A DNA stretch of 63,785 bases, filler included, from Olpidium bornovanus S191 (Eukaryota > Fungi > Olpidiomycota): assembly GCA_017911155.1 (NCBI GenBank). It is 29 parts of 29 records of this genome, joined end to end, with 100 filler letters (N's around TTAATTAATTAA, not from the genome) between each part and the next. Parts side by side here need not be neighbours in the genome. Positions count along the whole stretch, not along the records: positions 57,958 to 60,161 come from JAEFCI010011484.1; positions 60,262 to 61,501 come from JAEFCI010000929.1; positions 61,602 to 62,631 come from JAEFCI010009915.1; positions 62,732 to 63,785 come from JAEFCI010009773.1; 25 more parts are not named here. The stretch is one strand, 5' to 3'. The notes under the pieces were generated by a model. That model worked only from the letters and a program-made list of their open reading frames with translations. It was not told the DNA's origin and ran no database searches. A program made the position numbers and the translations under genes. The first letter of the stretch is position 1; each line of letters opens with the position of its first letter. Below, piece by piece: positions 59,072-63,785 of this stretch.

Positions 59072-60078
59072 ATGGACACGAAAAGGGTCGTGGTTACCTG
59101 TGAGTCCTCCCGCTGGAAGAATGCAAGAACGCACTCCTCACTTCACTTCCCTGGGCCTTCCGTCGGTCGGCAATGGCTATCTCGTCTGCCCTACCCGGCT
59201 CTTTCTCCGCACTCCTGGCCGGTTCTACTTTGGGCCGAAACGGATCGTGCTCCTGTGTAGCTTTCCCTTCCTTCCCCTCCCTCATCACCGCCTCGCCGCC
59301 ACCGCCAACATCTGCCTTTCGTTTATTTGTCACGATCCCGACGGAACGCCTGCCGAGTCACGTTCCCGGCTTTTTGCCTGCTCGGCGAGAAACCATCCCC
59401 CAGTGGAACGCGGTCTCTCGGTTTAGCCAGGTCGACGCCTGACAAGATCTCCCCTTCTTGTTCGCGCTGTTCTCAAGACTCCGACGACTTCGGCGTGTGG
59501 AGCACCGTGTACCCGCACCTGCAGTCGAGGGTGCCCTTCCGGAACCTACAGTGGCGCTCCCATTGGCGGGGACAGACCGAGAAGACGATACCTTTGCTCA
59601 ATGTCGACTTCAAGAAGTATCCCCCCGCCATGCTCGCGAGCAGCTCGGGGAACCCGTTTTCCTTGTCGCAGAATCCGTTTCTGAACCTCTACCTCGTGCA
59701 CTGTAACGTGCGTACCGGATTACTATTCGTAGACGGGCAAAGAACAGAAAATGAACGCCACCTGGCGTCATTTTAACCTTGTCCTCCTTTGTTTTCGGTT
59801 TGTTTCGGTACTCGGCCCGTGTTTGTCTTCCTCTCTCGCTCTTCTTCTTGCATCTTCACACCACGCCGCAGACAGGATTCCGAGGCATATAAGCAGGTCG
59901 TCCGCAGGCAGATAGCGTCCTGGGTCGAACAGATCAGGAGCAAGCGCCACCAGGAAGCTCTAATCGTGCTCGTGTCGACGAACGACTCTGGGGGGAAAAA
60001 GAACGCTGCGGCCAATTTCCTGAGCATGAAGAGTTCCATACATGACAAGATCAAGGCGGATTTTCCAAACGTGAAGTG
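59072..60078 (+). CDS. TRS130: TRAPP II subunit Trs130/TRAPPC10, N-terminal exons
   Basis: MDTKRVVVT|; PHLQSRVPFRNLQW; PFLNLYLVHCN|DSEAYKQVVRRQIASWVEQI...EALIVLV...SIHDKIKADF. Confidence 0.85.
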
Positions 60079-61601
60079 GGTAGATTGTCAGAGCCACGAC
60101 TCCGGTGAACCTTTTATCTCTGCCCCCTTACGTGGCTTGGAGGATCGTCCTGGCACAGAAGNNNNNNNNNNNNNNNNNNNNNNNNNNNNNNNNNNNNNNN
60201 NNNNNTTAATTAATTAANNNNNNNNNNNNNNNNNNNNNNNNNNNNNNNNNNNNNNNNNNNNAGGCGAAGATATCGCAGAAGCAATTCAAGCCGAGCACGA
60301 GAGCTACGCTGAACATTCGTCTCGTGGAACTTTTCCATTGCCCCCGTCGTTTGGCGCACTCTTTCGTCCTTTTTCCAGCATGTTTCTCAGAATTCACCGC
60401 TTTTCCGAACACATGGACCTCCCATTCCATTCGCGCTCCACCTCATCCCCCTCTTTCACTCCCTCCCCGCCCCACCCCCAACTGTGTTTCAAGTCAAGGA
60501 AACGCTCGCGGATGTACCCGTTGGAGCCAGCCCTTCGCGTTTTTCTTTTTCTCCCTCCAACTCCCCCCGCTTTGATTTTCGACGAAACGCTCGCGGACGT
60601 ATTCCATCGGACCGTCCTTTTGTTTTTTTATTTTGTTTCTCGCGCCATCCTGAGCCACCAAAACCTCATGCGGCGTTCCGTAGTTTGTAACCCTGCAATA
60701 CATCCCCGCGACGTCGCGGGGCTTTCACAGGTGATTGAGATGGACGAGGTTGTCGGCAGTTTTACGCCTCTGGAGCCGAAGTCGCAAGTCATCCCGGCTT
60801 GTGCTATGCCTTGTTTAATCGGCTGTCAGTTGCAAGGCTTACACCGTGGCGGCTTGCCTTGGAATGCCCGTGGGATGCATTTTCTTGGGTAAATATCCAC
60901 CACAGGAGTAACTACACTTTTTACCAAAACCCGAAGGAAGGATAAAAAAGGTTTTGTCGCTGTCTTCTCGCGCTTGATTTCGTTCGTCAACTTTCTTTTG
61001 TTGGCCACTCAAAGTCGTAACACGATTTCTGTTTTTTTTTTTTTTTTTTTTTTTTTTTTCGTCTGCCGGATGGAAATCATTTCCTGTCAATTCTGATCCG
61101 CCCCTCCGCCGGCGAGATTTGCACTTGGAGGGAATGATAGTACATGTACGACTCTTTACTATAAATAGTGGATTCGTATAAACTAGTAGTGGAGATATTT
61201 GTATCCAACACCAAATGCATTATAATTAATGCCTCCAGTGTGGAATCATACTTGGTTTTTGTTGTAAAGTTAGACGCCTAAAACTCCAAACCTCCAATCG
61301 GAATTTTCCATGATTTTGCACATGGTGCAACTCGTGCAAACGGAGGTAAAAAGGGGTTGCAACAACTCCATGGACGTCAGCATGGTTGCCTGTCTGCAGC
61401 AGGCTGCTTCTGCTTCGGAAACGGGTATAAATAGGGCCCTTGTCGTCGAAGATCGAAGTGTAGCATTCAAGCTCAAAGCATAGTTATTTACAACAGTTTT
61501 CNNNNNNNNNNNNNNNNNNNNNNNNNNNNNNNNNNNNNNNNNNNNTTAATTAATTAANNNNNNNNNNNNNNNNNNNNNNNNNNNNNNNNNNNNNNNNNNN
61601 N

Positions 61602-62513
61602 ACGTCGAGCGTAGTCAGGGTTTCCTGCGGGAAAAGCCCGAAGCCGGCGCGAGATAGAAAAGGGAAAAATTCTTGTCGTGATTCCCACGCCTTCTTCCGG
61701 CCTCCAGCCCCCCCCCTTCCCCCCCCTTCCCCGCTTCCCCTGCTTTCCCCCCGTCTTCAGCGGGCCAAAACGGACATGTACTTGTCCAGGACGAGAAACC
61801 AAAAAAAAAAACTTTCTTCCTCTAACCCTGGCCGCCGTGATGGATTCGTCGAACGTCATTGCTGCCCCGGGAGGCAGGTCCTGTTTCCCAAGGTAGAGCT
61901 CCTCAAGGCGGCAAAGGTCTTGCAAGCCTTCGACCACCCCGACCCGGTTCTTGGCGAGGTTGAGCACCCGGAGGTTGTGCAGGCCGTCCAGCCCCCGGAT
62001 CTCGCGGATGGAGCAGCCCTGCAAGAACAGCTCCCGCAGGTTCCGCAGCTGCGACGTGCCGTTCCGGGACAAGCCGCGGATGGCCGAGATCCGCGGGTTG
62101 TCGTACAGGTACAGGCACGCCAAGTTCGAGCACTGCTCGAAATCGTCCTTTCGGTTGAGCAAGAAAGAAAGAAAAAAAGAAATAAAAATCAAAGGGAGGA
62201 TGGCGGGGGTGTGGGGAAGTGGGTATGCGGAGGTCGAAAGAGAAGCCGACCGCGTTTTTTTGGGCCAAAGTAAGTAGAGAAAGCACACGGGAACGGGATC
62301 GAGATATAACCGAAAGAAAACGGAGCGGAAAAATAAAAAAGAAAAGACCGCGTGATGAGATTTCACGCAACCCGGCGGGTCTTGTGATGACGGGGGTTTC
62401 GTTTTTACCATCGCCTCGAGATTCTTCGAGAAGAGAGCCAGGTGGGTGACGCGCGAGAGATACTCCTCCGTGTTCTCGTTTCTGCCGCGCTTCGTCGAAC
62501 TCCCGGACGCCAT
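61602..62513 (-). CDS. PPP1R42: LRR protein phosphatase 1 regulatory subunit 42 (LRRC67/TLRR), 3' partial
   Basis: EYLSRVTHLALFSKNLEAM|DDFEQCSNLACLYLYDN...LRVLNLAKNRVGVVEGLQDLCRLEELYLGKQDLPPGAAMTFDE parallels human [56 protein letters not shown]. Confidence 0.85.
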
Positions 62514-63722
62514 GTCTCCCCGCTCCCATCCCTAAGCCTATTGGCGTCCTGTCGTGCCTTGACGAGGAATGTGTGATGCCGAAGGCAACCGACAAGACGT
62601 TTACGGAGAAGCTACATAGCTTATGGAGAGGNNNNNNNNNNNNNNNNNNNNNNNNNNNNNNNNNNNNNNNNNNNNTTAATTAATTAANNNNNNNNNNNNN
62701 NNNNNNNNNNNNNNNNNNNNNNNNNNNNNNNACATGTCCGTCCGCTTTTACCCGAGGCCGACGGAAGCGCGAAATTTCGCATTGAGGCGCGCGCGCCCCG
62801 CAAAGAGTCGCGGAATTTGCTATCGTCCCACGTTTGCGACTGTTGCTATGTCGTAGATAAAAAAAATTCAATTTTTGCAAGTTGCACGCCGTAGAACTAC
62901 GAATAACATTCAATTCAACAACTACGTGACCTAGGCCCTGGAGTGCCGCCAACTGGCGTGCGGCGTGTTGCGGAATCGCTCTCTTCTTCTTCCCGTCTTC
63001 TCCTTTTTCTCTCCTTTGTTTGCTGTTCGCGGCCGAGGGGGAGGAAGCCGGATACGCCAGCTCCTCCTCTTGGCAATAGCGCGTTGATGGTCACGTGATC
63101 CACAGAGCGCATCATACGGTTCACAACACGGCGGTGCCCGCGACCTGAACAGCTTTTGTTTGGCCTCCAGACCGTTGGGCAGGAGTGGTCCCACGTTTTC
63201 CCATGCAAGTCGCTTAGCTGTTCCTATTCGTCCCACACGGCCGGGCATACAGCCCCGAGGGAGAGAAGCCAAGGTTGGCGGCTGCTGGACAAAATTGGGC
63301 CGGGCCGCAGTTTACGAAGAGGGTGGCCCGCACGAAGAACAATTCGTCGTTTTGGAGGCCCCCGGAGCCCCGGGCGGGGTCCCACGTGCGTCAAACCACA
63401 GCCCCGACCCCGACCCCGGTTCCGGGGCGAGGGAGGCCCGGGGGCGACCCGTTGTCAGCGGCAGTGGTTTTTGTGCACGGAAGGCGGCCGTGCTGGTGGG
63501 GGATGGCGTGGGGGTGAGGGGGGAGCGAAACGCCAGGCCGCCAAGAACGGTCGACGCCGGGCGACGGTCACCGATAACCCCCCCCGGCGGGCTTGAAAAT
63601 TTGGCACGGGAATATCCACGCACGCAACGCAAAACGAAAAAGACCGTGGTGGCGCGAACGCGGCAAGGAGGGTGACTTTCTCATTTTCACCAGCTCACGC
63701 CTGTGCGCTACGGTTTTGAGTG

Positions 63723-63764
<42 letters not shown>

Positions 63765-63765
63765 T
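63723..63765. repeat. (GA)n microsatellite
   Basis: Visible directly in the sequence. Confidence 0.9.
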
Positions 63766-63785
63766 AAACTGTCTGCAGGGGGCCC

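Noticed and set aside
61290-61501. LTR-like stretch with GTATAAATAGG
   Set aside because: No definable termini, TSD or second copy, and it is cut by the contig end.

Overview
This is not a continuous locus. It is 29 short unlinked contigs (about 1-6 kb) joined by 28 artificial 100-bp spacers (N44-TTAATTAATTAA-N44), so adjacency across a spacer has no biological meaning. The DNA is from a GC-rich, intron-rich eukaryote. Fungal-type genes (UGO1, SCJ1, ADE12, a zf-CHY family gene) occur alongside cilium/centrosome genes (IQCB1/NPHP5, PPP1R42) and genes lost from yeasts (RAD51B, NR2C2AP, Rab4/14-like), which points to a zoosporic (flagellated) early-diverging fungus. An Olpidium/chytrid-like source is my inference only. 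Other recognisable partial genes are cytosolic HSP70, CWC24, TRS130, MSS4/DSS4, a C2H2 protein, a multi-TM protein, a Glu-periodic ESAA mucin-like protein and a secreted protein with a duplicated signal region. About a third of the contigs are decayed transposons: Ty1/copia, Ty3/gypsy, a Helitron and solo LTRs. The most unusual signal is apparent module mixing between LTR superfamilies. A copia-type integrase+SH3 is followed by a chromodomain (normally a Ty3/gypsy chromovirus feature), and two independent elements join a Ty3-like capsid gag to a copia-type protease. No rRNA, tRNA or CRISPR array could be supported. Family calls are from motif recognition by eye, not database searches.
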